Below are positions 28,453 to 39,506 of a stretch of DNA of 64,000 nucleotides, piece after piece. A program made the position numbers and the translations under genes. Position 1 is the first letter of the stretch, and the number at the start of each line of letters is the position of its first letter. Origin of the DNA: Callorhinchus milii (lineage: Eukaryota); assembly GCF_018977255.1 (NCBI RefSeq), contig NW_024704743.1:19222001-19286000 (forward strand), written 5' to 3'. The notes beneath the pieces were generated by a model. The model did not search any database and was not told where the DNA came from. It saw only the letters and a list, made by a program, of their open reading frames with translations.

Positions 28453-28614
28453 ATGAGATTTTACTATCATTTTGGCCAAGTGAATGGGTCGCTGAATGTC
28501 GGATTACGTCAAAAGTACAATGGATCTTATACTAAAATTTGGGAACACAAGTCCATGCAGCGACTCCTATGGAAAAGAGAAGTCATCACAATCAACAGCA
28601 AGCAGCAGTATGAG
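28453..28614 (+). CDS. MALRD1: Exon: MAM1 ([54 protein letters not shown])
   Basis: tttgtag|ATG ... GAG|gttcgt; 162 nt, phase 0-0; MAM FYY...W...W pattern. Confidence 0.88.
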
Positions 28615-30372
28615 GTTCGTATCCAGTGTAACAGTATTAATATGATATAATCCTTGCATTTGATATAGCGCCTTATCACTTCTTTGAGATATCTCAAAGC
28701 ACTTCACAGAATATACTGTAAAGTGAATTGACTGTATATTTTGTGGACGAAACGCAGCAGATAATTGTGCACAGCAGTGTCCCACAAATGTTGTGGATTG
28801 GTTGATCAAATGATTATTATCATTTTATTTTTATTTTTTTGATTGGATTATTACCCCCGCAAAAGTGATATGCCAAACGACTAACAACTGGGCTCCTACT
28901 TATTGCAAGGTAAACAGAGGCGTGTGGAGTAAGGAAACTTGCCCAACAGTGATTCTTGCCAAACACTCAGAGCTCTGCTGAACTAGCAGTTGAATGTCAG
29001 ATTATTTGGAATCATATTAAGGAGCTGATCGAACTGTTGACACTCTATAAACTTTTAAACAGATTGTACAGCTGGTGGGAACTGACTGTTCAAGCTGGGC
29101 TCACAGCAGTTTTCTAAGCTGTTATCAGGTTTGTAAAACTGCAGATCTACTGTCTAAAGCACTTTTCACATTGAAATTGTACATTGACTTTAGAGCAGTA
29201 ACTGGGTGAAAACCACAGTATAAATGTGGGTTGAGCAGTGCAAACTGAAGATAATTTGTGCCAGAGAGTGTGTCAGCCTGGATCACTGGTAGTACTCTTG
29301 TCTCTGAGTCAGTGGTTGCGGGTTCAAGCCCCACATCGGTACTTGAACTCACATAGTCTAAGATGACGTAAAATGATGCTGTGCGCAATTGGCTGCTGCG
29401 TTTCACCCACAAATATACAATCAATTCACTTTACAGCATATTCTGTGAAGTGCTCTGAGACGTCTAGAAGACATGAAAAGCGCTATATCAAATGCAAGGA
29501 TTATTATTATTATTATTTAAAGATCCCATGGCACTATTCAAAAAGAGAAAGAGGTGTCTGGCCAACTATCCCCCAAATTAAATTGGTCATTCATTTCATG
29601 GCTGTTTGTAGGATATTGTTGTGCACAATTGGGCTGCTGTGTTTGCCTGCAAATACAAGGTCACGCCATTTCACAGTAAAATCCTGTGATGGACTTTGGG
29701 ACGTCTTCCCCACATGAAAGGCGCTACATCAAATGCGAGGGTTATTATTGCTTAGATCACTTTAAGAGTTTATTTCAGCAGAATTTCAATACTTCGATTA
29801 GCACCCCTGCAGTATACTGTCACTACACCTGACAGGAATTCCATGTGAAGTGCTTTAGTATGTTTCAATGTTCTAGACGCAAAATCAAAAGCAAGGATCA
29901 TAAATACAGCTGATGTAAATGTATAATAACTCTGCTTCCAGAAGATTTCTTTGGATTATCCAATCCTTTAAGGATGATTTTTGTAAATATTATTAAAGAA
30001 ACAGTCATATGACTTTAATAACATTAAAAACACCCACTCTGGGTGGTCCAAACACATTTCACAGACCTTAACGTTGGGTGCTTGCTTTTTCTTTAATCTC
30101 CTCAGCCCTGACCAATGTTGAAAGGAATAGATTATATAGAGCAGACTTCCCACTGCTAATTGCTTTACTCCAGGAAGCGATATTATTGTGGTTCCTGCAA
30201 TATAAAGAGGACATTAGTGAAACCCTTCTTATGGTGGGCAAAAATTCCAATTGCCTAATTCAGTTACTATATCAATGAATGGAATATAAATCTGCCTTAT
30301 AGAGGAATTGTTGTCCGAGTGTGCTATGGTATAAATCAGTGCAATCATTTCCTATTGCTCCTTGCATCATTG

Positions 30373-30701
30373 ATAATAATAATAATAATAATAATCCTTG
30401 CATTTGATATAGCGCTTTTCACGTCGGGAGGACGTCCCAAAGCGCTTCACAGAATATACTGTAAAGTGAATTGACTGTATATTTGTGGGCGAACGCGGCA
30501 GACAATTGCGCACAGCAATGTCCCACAAACAGTCGTATATTGAAAATGACCAATTTATTATTGTTTTGGGTTTTTTGGAGGGATTATTATTAGGCGCGTG
30601 GAGTAAGGGAACTTGCCCAAGGTTTCGCCCTGACTGGAATTGAACTCAGGTCTCTCACTTGCAAAGCGAGTGCTCTAACCACTGAGCTACAGGACTCCAC
30701 A
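30373..30701 (-). mobile_element. Young, apparently full-length tRNA(Ala)-derived SINE
   Basis: Minus strand: GGAGTCCTGTAGCTCAGTGGTTAGAGCACTCGCTTTGCAAGTGAGAGACCTGAGTTCAATTCC head, L2-like 3' tail, long (ATT)n; CpGs retained. Confidence 0.9.
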
Positions 30702-30913
30702 AAATGATGGATGCTACTCAGATTAATCAAAAGTAGCACCTCCAATAATAAAACAATTCAAGTGACTCCAGGATCACCTAAAGACGTTTGAACAGAAAGT
30801 ACATAAAATTACATTTATTCCCATCCAGCTGCAGGAAGCTACTCAAGGTTACAGTACTTTTGGGTTGGAGTAGAGTTTCAGCAAACGGATTAGTGCAACG
30901 TCATTTTGGTTGC

Positions 30914-31200
30914 TGGGTGTCATTCTGGCTCAGTTGGTATCACTCTCACCTCCGAGTCAAAAGGTTGTGGGTTTAACCCTCATGTCAGGACTGTGAACTC
31001 ATAGTCTAGACTAACTCTCTAGTACAGTGCTGGGAGTTTGCTGCATTGTTGGAGGTGCCGTCTTTTGGGTGAGATTTTAAACCGACGTCCCATCTGCCTG
31101 TTTAGATGGACGTTAAAGATCCCATGGCACTATTTGAAAAGTGAAGGGAGTTCCTCCCGTTATCCTGGCCAACAATCCCCTAAATAAAATTGATCATTCC
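30914..31200 (+). mobile_element. Older tRNA-headed SINE with Deu-domain-like core (other copies ~4450-4800 -, ~19760-20110 +, ~29268-29750 +, ~41500-41880 -, ~45240-45600 +, ~56055-56470 -, ~63650-63880 +)
   Basis: tggctcagttggtatcactctc...aggttgtgggttt head; taaagatcccatggcactatttgaa...gggagttc...cctggccaac core resembling DeuSINE/SacSINE1 (from memory). Confidence 0.65.
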
Positions 31201-31689
31201 TATAGCTTAGTGTTTAAAGCACTTGCCAAGCGAAAGGACATGGATTCGATTCCGGAAGGTGGAAATGTTGGACAAGTTTCCTTACTCCACATGCCTCTGT
31301 TTACCTAGCAATAAGTAAGAATTCGGTTGTTAGTCGATTAGTGGATTGCTTTTCTAGGGTAATAATTCCTTCCAAACAAAATCATAATTTGGTTGCTTAA
31401 TCCATGGCTGTTTATGGGCCACTGCTGTTCGCAATTGTCTGCTGCATTTTGCCCACAAAACATACAGTTAATTCATTTTACGGTATATTCTGTGAAGCAT
31501 TTTGAGACGTCTAAAAGACGTGAACAGGCACTGTATCAAATGCAAGGAACCATATTATTATCATTCACTTCAGGGGTGTTTATAGGACTTTGCTCTTATG
31601 TGAGATCCTGTTATAAGCAAGAATGTCAAAGGTCCGTAAATATATTGATAAAGTAGAGAACAACATCTAGCTTGAGGAATACCTTCGAG

Positions 31690-32240
31690 AGACCCAGAAT
31701 TCTCTGGACTGCTTTTTACCACCTCCGTCACATTTCCGGCCTCCATCCATGCTTCACAACAAAAGCAGCTGAAACTTCCATCCACACCTTCGTCACATCC
31801 CGGATGGACTATTCCAATGCCCTCCTCACTTGTCTCCCCAACTCCACCAGGCACAAAATACAACTAATTCAGAACTCCGCTGCCTGAATTCTCACCCACA
31901 TAAAATCCCTTCGACCAGTCCTGCCAGGCTCAACTGGCTCCCGATTACTGAGCAGATCGATTTCAAGATCCTCTCGCTCATTTTCAAATCCTTTCATGCC
32001 TTTGCACCTCCCTACCTATCCGATTTGCTTACCCCTCACTCCCCCACCAACTGCCTCCGCTCGGCTGGCTCTGGTTTCCTGTTCGGCCCTCATCTCCTCC
32101 ACACCATCGGCCGCTGTGCCTTCAGCCACTATGCTCTGGAACTCTCTCCCTCAGTCCCTCCGTCTTGCTCCCTCCCTCCCACCTTTCAAATCCTGGCTAA
32201 GGATCATCCGTTTTTATCATGCTTACAGTTACCTCCCATA
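31690..32240 (+). mobile_element. L2 LINE fragment
   Basis: AFYHLRHI, TFVTSRMDYSNALL, IQLIQNSAA, LNWLPI..IDFKIL motifs. Confidence 0.85.
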
Positions 32241-33182
32241 AGATGGGTTGGGAGGCAATAGATGATTGAAAGCATGGGTGACGAGATAGGTCTCAAGGCT
32301 GTTTTTAAAAGTGTTGAGGGTGGGCACGAGGCAGAGGAACGGCATCAATTTCTACCAGGATTACTAAGTTAAGGAATATAAATTTACATTGGTATAGCGC
32401 CTTTCAAATCAGAAGATTGTCACATGGTGCTTAAGGACATCCCAAGTTAAATACAGAAAAATATTGTAGAAAGTACTCTCTCATTTAAACTTGCAATCCA
32501 CAAACCGAGTTTTTCCTGTGCGGCTGTTTTTGAGTTATTTTTCAGAGCAATGGCTCATCCACAAGTCTTCAGTACGCTGTGGAAATGTCAAGCAAAGGTC
32601 CTACTGTCAATTACAGTGATGCCAGTGACATGTAGCATTATCATGTTTCAGTGTCATTCAGCCATTGAATGAAGGAAGAGGAGAGGCCAGTGATTTGGTA
32701 AAAATGGATATAAATGAAAGACAATGAATATAATCTCCACTTCAGCTTTGGAAACCAATATTGTGCTCCTGTCGCGGGCTAATATTAGCTCAATTAATAT
32801 TATTTGTGCAAGTAAAACAATACCGTGATTGGAAATTAACTAATGTATGTTAATACTAATGTATTAACTCCACATCCTTATCATCCCAAAGGGCTCCTGC
32901 ACAAAGCAATAAGGTTTAGGTAAAGAGAAAAAGCTCATTCAGAAACAGGGTTATTCACAGGCTCTAAACGGCACAATATCAGAACTGAGATACATGTTCC
33001 TAGAATCTGTGCTTAATGCATGGGTTAAAGTCCAGGTTAATATTTGTTGGGAATCTCCCTGTTTGCGTATTTTCAAATTGCGATAAAGATCTTTTATTAA
33101 CTGGTAACCTTTTAAATGTGATGTGTTTAATTAATAAAATGCCGAAGTCACTAACATTTGCTTTTGCTGTGTCAATACACAG

Positions 33183-33279
33183 GTTATAATTCAGGGCACT
33201 ATTTTTGATATCAGGAAGCCAAATAACGTACTTGCCATTGATGACATTTCATTCAGCAAAGGCTGCCTCCCAGTATCAG
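33183..33279 (+). CDS. MALRD1: Exon: MAM1 C-terminus (VIIQGTIFDIRKPNNVLAIDDISFSKGCLPVS); alternative in-frame donor at 33285
   Basis: acacag|GTT ... CAG|gtaaag; AIDDI...C MAM end motif. Confidence 0.88.
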
Positions 33280-34109
33280 GTAAAGGTAAGAACAGGACGT
33301 ATTCAGAATGCTTGTTCTCGCGAAGGGTACAATCTGTCCCATATTGAGATGGGGATTGATCCCTGCGTTGTGCAGAATTTACTGTTTTCCTTTTTTTTAC
33401 TTCAAGTTTCCAGAATATACCATTTTTGGATTTTAATCTGTGAAATCCATCCCTCTTTCCCTCTGACCTGCTCCCCCCAAACTCCCCCCCACTCCCTTCC
33501 CTCTTTCAAGGCACGTCTCATAATGTACATCTTTAATGTGTATGTTTTCAGTCATCTATCTCCTCTCCCCCTCCCCTCAGATCCCACTCCCAGCTCAGTG
33601 CCATTCCAGTAATGTGAAGGGCTTTGAGACGATCTTCCAATGTAAAAGACACTATATAAATGTAAATTGTTTTGTATTGTATTTAACAGAACAAATTACA
33701 TTTATTTAATGTCCTTCACATAGTTAAACATTTATATTTACAGAGATTGTTTTCCTCGGATTTCTTTTAAAAAAATTCTTAAAAAATTAAGACTGAATTT
33801 AAAAAGTTTCCAAAATTCTGTCCAATCTTAAATTTTAAGGTAGTCGAACAGGCTTAACAGGCTAAACCTTAGTTGAATTTAAAGCCTACCAACCTTGGTG
33901 GGGATCTTACAATCTGCTGTTCAGTAAAAATACCACAGTTGATAGGTTGAGCTTTCAATGGGGGAAATCACACAAAAATCCTGCTTCCCACTCCCAGGAA
34001 TTTTACAGTTAGTAATGTGAAGAATTGTTCCAGGAGCGTTAATGCAGCATTAGTTTATTACGTGAATGTGTGAGGAATACTAACTGCAGTAATACTTCAT
34101 GACTTTCAG

Positions 34110-34229
34110 GTGAAGACTTGCCTTGTGAAGAAGGTTTCAACAGATGCAATAAGGAATGTGTTCCAGAAAGCAAATTCTGCAACTTCATTTATGACTGTCT
34201 GCCATTGTACACTGATGAGGAAAGTTGTC
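34110..34229 (+). CDS. MALRD1: Exon: LDLa repeat 2 (GEDLPCEEGFNRCNKECVPESKFCNFIYDCLPLYTDEESC)
   Basis: ctttcag|GT ... C|gtaagt; 120 nt, phase 1-1; six Cys and a TDE motif. Confidence 0.87.
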
Positions 34230-37200
34230 GTAAGTAAAACCAGGAGCTTATTAAGATTGTAGTGTCAAGTGTTACGCTCTGCAGTATTTACAGGAATGAG
34301 TTTACCGAGATTGATAATCTGGCAGTCACGCTTTCATTCAATATTCTAAAAATGAATACTGAGATCAAAACTATGGCCTAACATGAGAGCTTCCTTGAAG
34401 TATAAAATATTAATGAACCCATATGTCAGGGGCTGAATTCCAACACCTTTCTTAGTGTTATGTCCTGGATCCTGGCCTAGCTCAGTAATCACACAGGCAT
34501 TCCAGACAGCAAGGCCTACAAGATGGGAAATTGGCAGATGGGATCCCCAGAGATGGCCGCCACTCAAATGTGGATTAAATATAGTGCTGTCCATTTCTGG
34601 AAGGTCTTAAAAGCCCAATATGAAGTTTTGTTTCTCAGATTGTGGCTCTTCGGTGCCGCTTTGCAAGACAACAATGTAATTCTGTCATTATCCTATAAAA
34701 TGACACCTGAGAGATCTCTGTGTCTCTCTGGCTTGCAACATTTTCAGATGGCTTTGGGCGCTGCCATTACTCAGAAGTTGCAAGAATTTAAAAAAAATTT
34801 ATTCATATCTGGTAAAGTGCACACTTGAAGGCGAATTAAATAGAGCAGTACTAAATGAAGGGAATAAAAGGGGTTAGAGCTTGTATGGGCTATAAACCCC
34901 GACATGGACTAGTCGAGCTAAATGTCCTATTTCTGTGCTGTGTCATTCTATGTAACTCTATGTAATTAAGCAACATTTTATGTTTGGTAATATTATAATG
35001 TTGTCCCCATAGTTATTTTTCTAGATATATTTGAGTGAATTAAACAACTTATCTGGGACATTAGTGTGTGCAAATTGGCTGCCATGTTTACCTACAAATA
35101 CGCAGTCACTTCACTTCACAGTATATCCTGTGTGACACTTTGGAATGTGAAGAGCGCTATACCAAATGCAATAATTAATTTTATTATATGGTATTCTCTA
35201 TTCATTGGAAATTCTCTATTTCCTCGAAACCAAAGTCGAGTGGATCCGCTCAGCTGCATCTGCCCTTCCGACCACTGCTCCCACCCCATCTCCCACTTAC
35301 ACCCGGCCCCTACCCATCCCTTCCTCCTCACCTTTGAACCTGCTTCCCCCTCCTCTCTCATCACCAACATGAGCAAGTAACTAATATTCAGAAGCCTCTT
35401 TCCAATTCCTTAAACTGGGACTGGCTCCTAATGTTCGGGGGTAGTATTTTTTCTTGTGCTCACATTTAAATCCCTTCATAGCCTGCCCCATCCTACCTGT
35501 GGCAACGAATACTGACTCAGCCCTGCTCTCCACTCAGCAAACACTGTTTGCTTCATGTCTCCTCGCCCAAACCACTACTCCATTGGCTGGTGAGTTTTCA
35601 GACATCTGCCCTTACTGTCTGGAGTTCTGACTCATTTCCTCCCACCCCATGTATAAAGCTTGCCTTAATAGCTATCACTTTGACTGCTATTTCAGTTATC
35701 TAGCCCCTTCCCACCCCACCTTCCTCAGATAGCCCCTCCTCCCCCAGCTCGGATAGAAGGGCTTTGAGACATTTTTCCAATGTGAAAGGCACTGTATAAA
35801 TGTAAATTGTCTTGTGCTGTATTTAATCCAGTGCATTGTTGTATCTGACTGACTGGAGTTCCACATTAGAGACAAATATATTCAAAGGATTCATTGAAGT
35901 GGAAGTTTCATAATTAGTATTACTTTTAAGAGTCAAAGCACTACAAAGGATTATGAATAATCTAAGCCGGCCTTAATTAATATGCGTAGTTGAATTAACA
36001 TGATTGCTGAGACATCCTGGGACATTGACTGTGTTTCTACTAAAATTAATTAAGTTTCCTCATACTGTCGAGCTCAGTCTCCTCCACATAAGTTACTTTG
36101 CTGATGTCAAAGAGGTTAATGCTTCATAGTGTTCATGTAGAATAACTCCATCATGTTATTAGCAGTGAAGAGTTTTATAATGCTAGCATACAGAACAAGG
36201 GAGCTGTGCACTTACATTAGGTGAATTCAGCCCTTGAAAATATGAATCTGGATAAATTTGCATTTTATAAGACAAGAAAAAAATGTATAGTTGTCAGCCT
36301 GGCTCAGAAGATTATTAGTTCAAGTCCTTCTAAATCCATGCTCACTGCTTTTTTACCACTACCCTGCTCCTTATAGCATCTGTGTTCTTTAGATGAGCAT
36401 CAATGGCATCAATAGTATTTTCAGCAGTATTTTATCTACTCCAGCTTTCAAGACTTATCACAGAGCCATAGAAATTGTAGTGTGGAAGGAAGCAATTCAG
36501 CTAATCAAGCCTCTAGTTAATTCACTTTACAATATATCCTGTGGAGCATTTTGGGACATCTCAACAATGAGATCAAGCGCTAGATCAAATGCAAGGATTA
36601 TTAATAATATTATTATTACTGAAATGCTATATTATTACAATAAATCTAGACCCAGGTAGAATTTTACTCCATTTATGATTTTAATATTTGGGTAACATGT
36701 GCATAATCAAGTAATGGAATTACTGATACAAGCTGATACAATATCTCCAAACCCTCCCCATTGACACAAGACTAATGCCATATCCCTGCACAGTAACCCT
36801 CTAACTAGGAACTGATGTCCGTCAGGCTCAGTGGAGCACTTTCTGTTACCCCACTGTCTTAGACTCACCAAGCCTCCCTCATTATATTTTAAGCATGTGG
36901 CCGATTATGACCCATGTCACGCTTAAAAATAGCACTGCTTGATGTGCTTCAATTGATTTATTCGCTGTGCCAGGAATTTTCATTTGCAAATTTATCCAGT
37001 TTCATATTTTTAATTAGCTATTAGCTCTAATAGCTAATTGATGCTGACAACTTTGCTGTTTCATAGAACAACAACTTTCATTTGCTTTTATAACAACAAT
37101 AACAACTCACTTTATATAGCGCCACTCACCCAAACTCGTGTCCCAGAGCACTTATATAGCAACCTTCAAACTGGATAGCATTGCGAAGCAGTAGAATTAT

Positions 37201-37648
37201 TGGGACTACATCACCCAAAGAGGTCATTGAGCCTCTGCAGATGTCAGTCCCTCCAGTTCTGCTATTTACTCCAATCCCAACTCCTTGCTTTTTCTTTGTA
37301 TGGGAGGACATCCGAAAGCACTTAACAGTACTGGCTGGACATCCGAGCTGGGGGAGGGAGCCGAGATGAGTGGGGAGGGGAAAGGTGACTGAAAGTGCAG
37401 TCAGAGGTATATTGCTGTTGCTTTAAATAAAAGCTTCTAATCTCAATTTTAACTCTTCCAGTGACAATCCTGAGTTATACGTCCTTGTTACTGATTCACC
37501 AACTGTTGGGGATAATTGTTCTCTATTGATCCTCTCAAGACTTTAATTTCGAGGTGTAATATTATAGATATTATTTCAAAAATCCTCATCAATGGAGTAT
37601 GGATCCATTGTATGCATCCAAATGTATGGATTCTGCTACTAGTCAGGG

Positions 37649-38600
37649 ATGGTGACTGACAGTCAGGCAGATAAGGGGGCACCAGAGAGAGTGGTGGAGA
37701 AGCTTCACGCTTTAACCTTGTCCAACAGGTACAAGGTACTTTCAACCTGTGTGGACAAGGAAGTCTGTAAGGAGGAGGATAGGCAAAATGACCCCAGCAC
37801 CTCTATACAGGAGGTCACACAAGTAGGGGGAGCAAAACGGAATGTGGTTGTGATAGGGGACGAGATAGTCAGGTGGACAGACACTCTTCTCTGCAGCTGC
37901 AACCAGGAGTCAGAAAGGCTCTGCTGCCTTCCTGGCGCTAGGGTTAAGGATGTCTCTTCAGGGCTGGAGAAGAATTTGAAGCAGGAAGAGGATGATCCAA
38001 TTGTGGTGATCCACATAGGAACCAACAATATAGGTAGGACTAGTAGGGATGACGTGAGGAGTGAGTTCAATGAACTGGGAATTAATTTAAAAGGAAGAAC
38101 TTCCAAGGTGATAATCTCCAGATTTCTATCTGAGCCAGGTGCAAATTGGTACTGGGACAAACAAATTAATGAGTTAAATGCGTGGCTGAAAGAGTGGTGC
38201 AGGAGGCAGGGGTTTCGTTTTATGGGACACTGGCACCAGTATTGGGGGAAAAGGGTGCTGTTCCATCGAGATGGGCTCCACCTTAACCAGGCTGGGACCA
38301 ATGTCCTGGCAAAACGATTAAATAGGGAGATAGGCAGAGCTTTAAACTATTAAGGGGGGGCGTGGGGAAGGAGGTTTACAGTTACAGTTAAATGTAAACC
38401 GACATTGCAAGGAATAGTCATGGCTGTACAGCAGAGTAACAACTTGGGAGATAAAGAACAGAGTGTATCAAGTAGGGACAAAAAGCTCAACAAAGGAAAT
38501 AGGGCATTAACAAGTAGGGGAAATAGTAAGAGGTCAAAATTAAAGGCGCTATATCTGAATGCATGAAGCATTCGTCACAAGATAGACGAATTAAGTGCAC
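37649..38600 (+). mobile_element. CR1-type LINE 5' part: ORF1 SGNH/GDSL esterase-like domain (37649..38353) and start of the ORF2 endonuclease
   Basis: LSNRY..L, VIGDEIVR, CCLPGARVKDV, VVIHIGTNNI, DGLHLN motifs; then LKALYLNA*SIRHKIDEL (APE start). Confidence 0.85.
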
Positions 38601-39107
38601 CCACTCTAAGGCGAGTATGTCCTTTCTTAAATAAGGAGACCAAAACTGCACACAATATTCTAGGTGCGGTTTCACCAAGGCTTTATACAACTGCAGCAAG
38701 ACTTCCCTACTCTTGTACTCTAACCCTTTTGCAATGAACACCAACATGGCATTAGCCTTCCTAGTTGCTACCTGCATACTAACTTTTTGTGACTGGTGTA
38801 CAAGGACACCCAAATCCCTCTGAACACTAACACTACCTAGTCACTCGCACTCTAGAAAAGAATCCGCTTTTCTATTTTTACTACCTAGGTGAATAACTTC
38901 ACACTTCCCCATGTTATACTCCATCTGCCACCTTCTTGCCCACTCTCACCTAGCCTGTTATTTCCCTTTGCCTTCTTTGTGTGTCATCTTCACAGCTTAC
39001 TCTCCCACCCAGCTTCATATCGTCCTCGAATTTAGATATGTTAAGTTCTATTTCTTCATCTAAATCACTGATGTAGACAGTAAATAATTGAGGTCCAAGC
39101 ACTGATC
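38595..39107 (-). mobile_element. CR1 RT segment, inverted relative to the flanking CR1 parts
   Basis: Minus strand GSVLGPQLFTVYISDLD...SKFEDDMKLGG...LYKALVKPHLEYCVQFWSPYLRKD. Confidence 0.85.
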
Positions 39108-39118
39108 AAATTAGCGTT

Positions 39119-39506
39119 GATCTTATAGAAACTTGTAAGAATCTTAAGGGTCTTGACAGGGTAGATGTCATGGGACTGTTTCCCCTGGTTGGAGAATCCA
39201 AAACTAGGGGTCATAGCTCAAGATTAAGGGTCAGCCTTTTCTAATTGACTTGAGGAAACATTTCTTCACTTAGAGGGTAGTGAATTTGTGGAATTCTCTA
39301 ACCCCCGAAGGCTGTGGATGCTTAGTCCTTGAACATATTCAAGACTGAGTTGATAGATTTCTAAAGGATAGCGGAATTAAGGGATATGGGGATAGGGCAG
39401 GTTAATGGAATTAGGTTAGAAGATCAGCCATGATCTTATTAAATGGCGGGGCAGGCTCGAGGGGCCAAATGGCCTACTCCTGCTCCTAAGTCTTTTGGTC
39501 TTATGG
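39119..39506 (+). mobile_element. CR1 3' end
   Basis: DLIETCKNLKGLDRVD, FFT*RVVNLWNSL, tail gggccaaatggcctactcctgctcct..tcttatgg. Confidence 0.85.

Noticed and set aside
30625..30701. tRNA-Ala(UGC)-like sequence (also ~11930-11996, ~15840-15910, ~43545-43620 and others)
   Set aside because: Each copy is directly joined to the same SINE body and (ATT)n tail, so these are SINE heads rather than tRNA genes.
37705..38301. 198-aa minus-strand ORF
   Set aside because: Antisense shadow of the CR1 ORF1 esterase, with no independent motifs.
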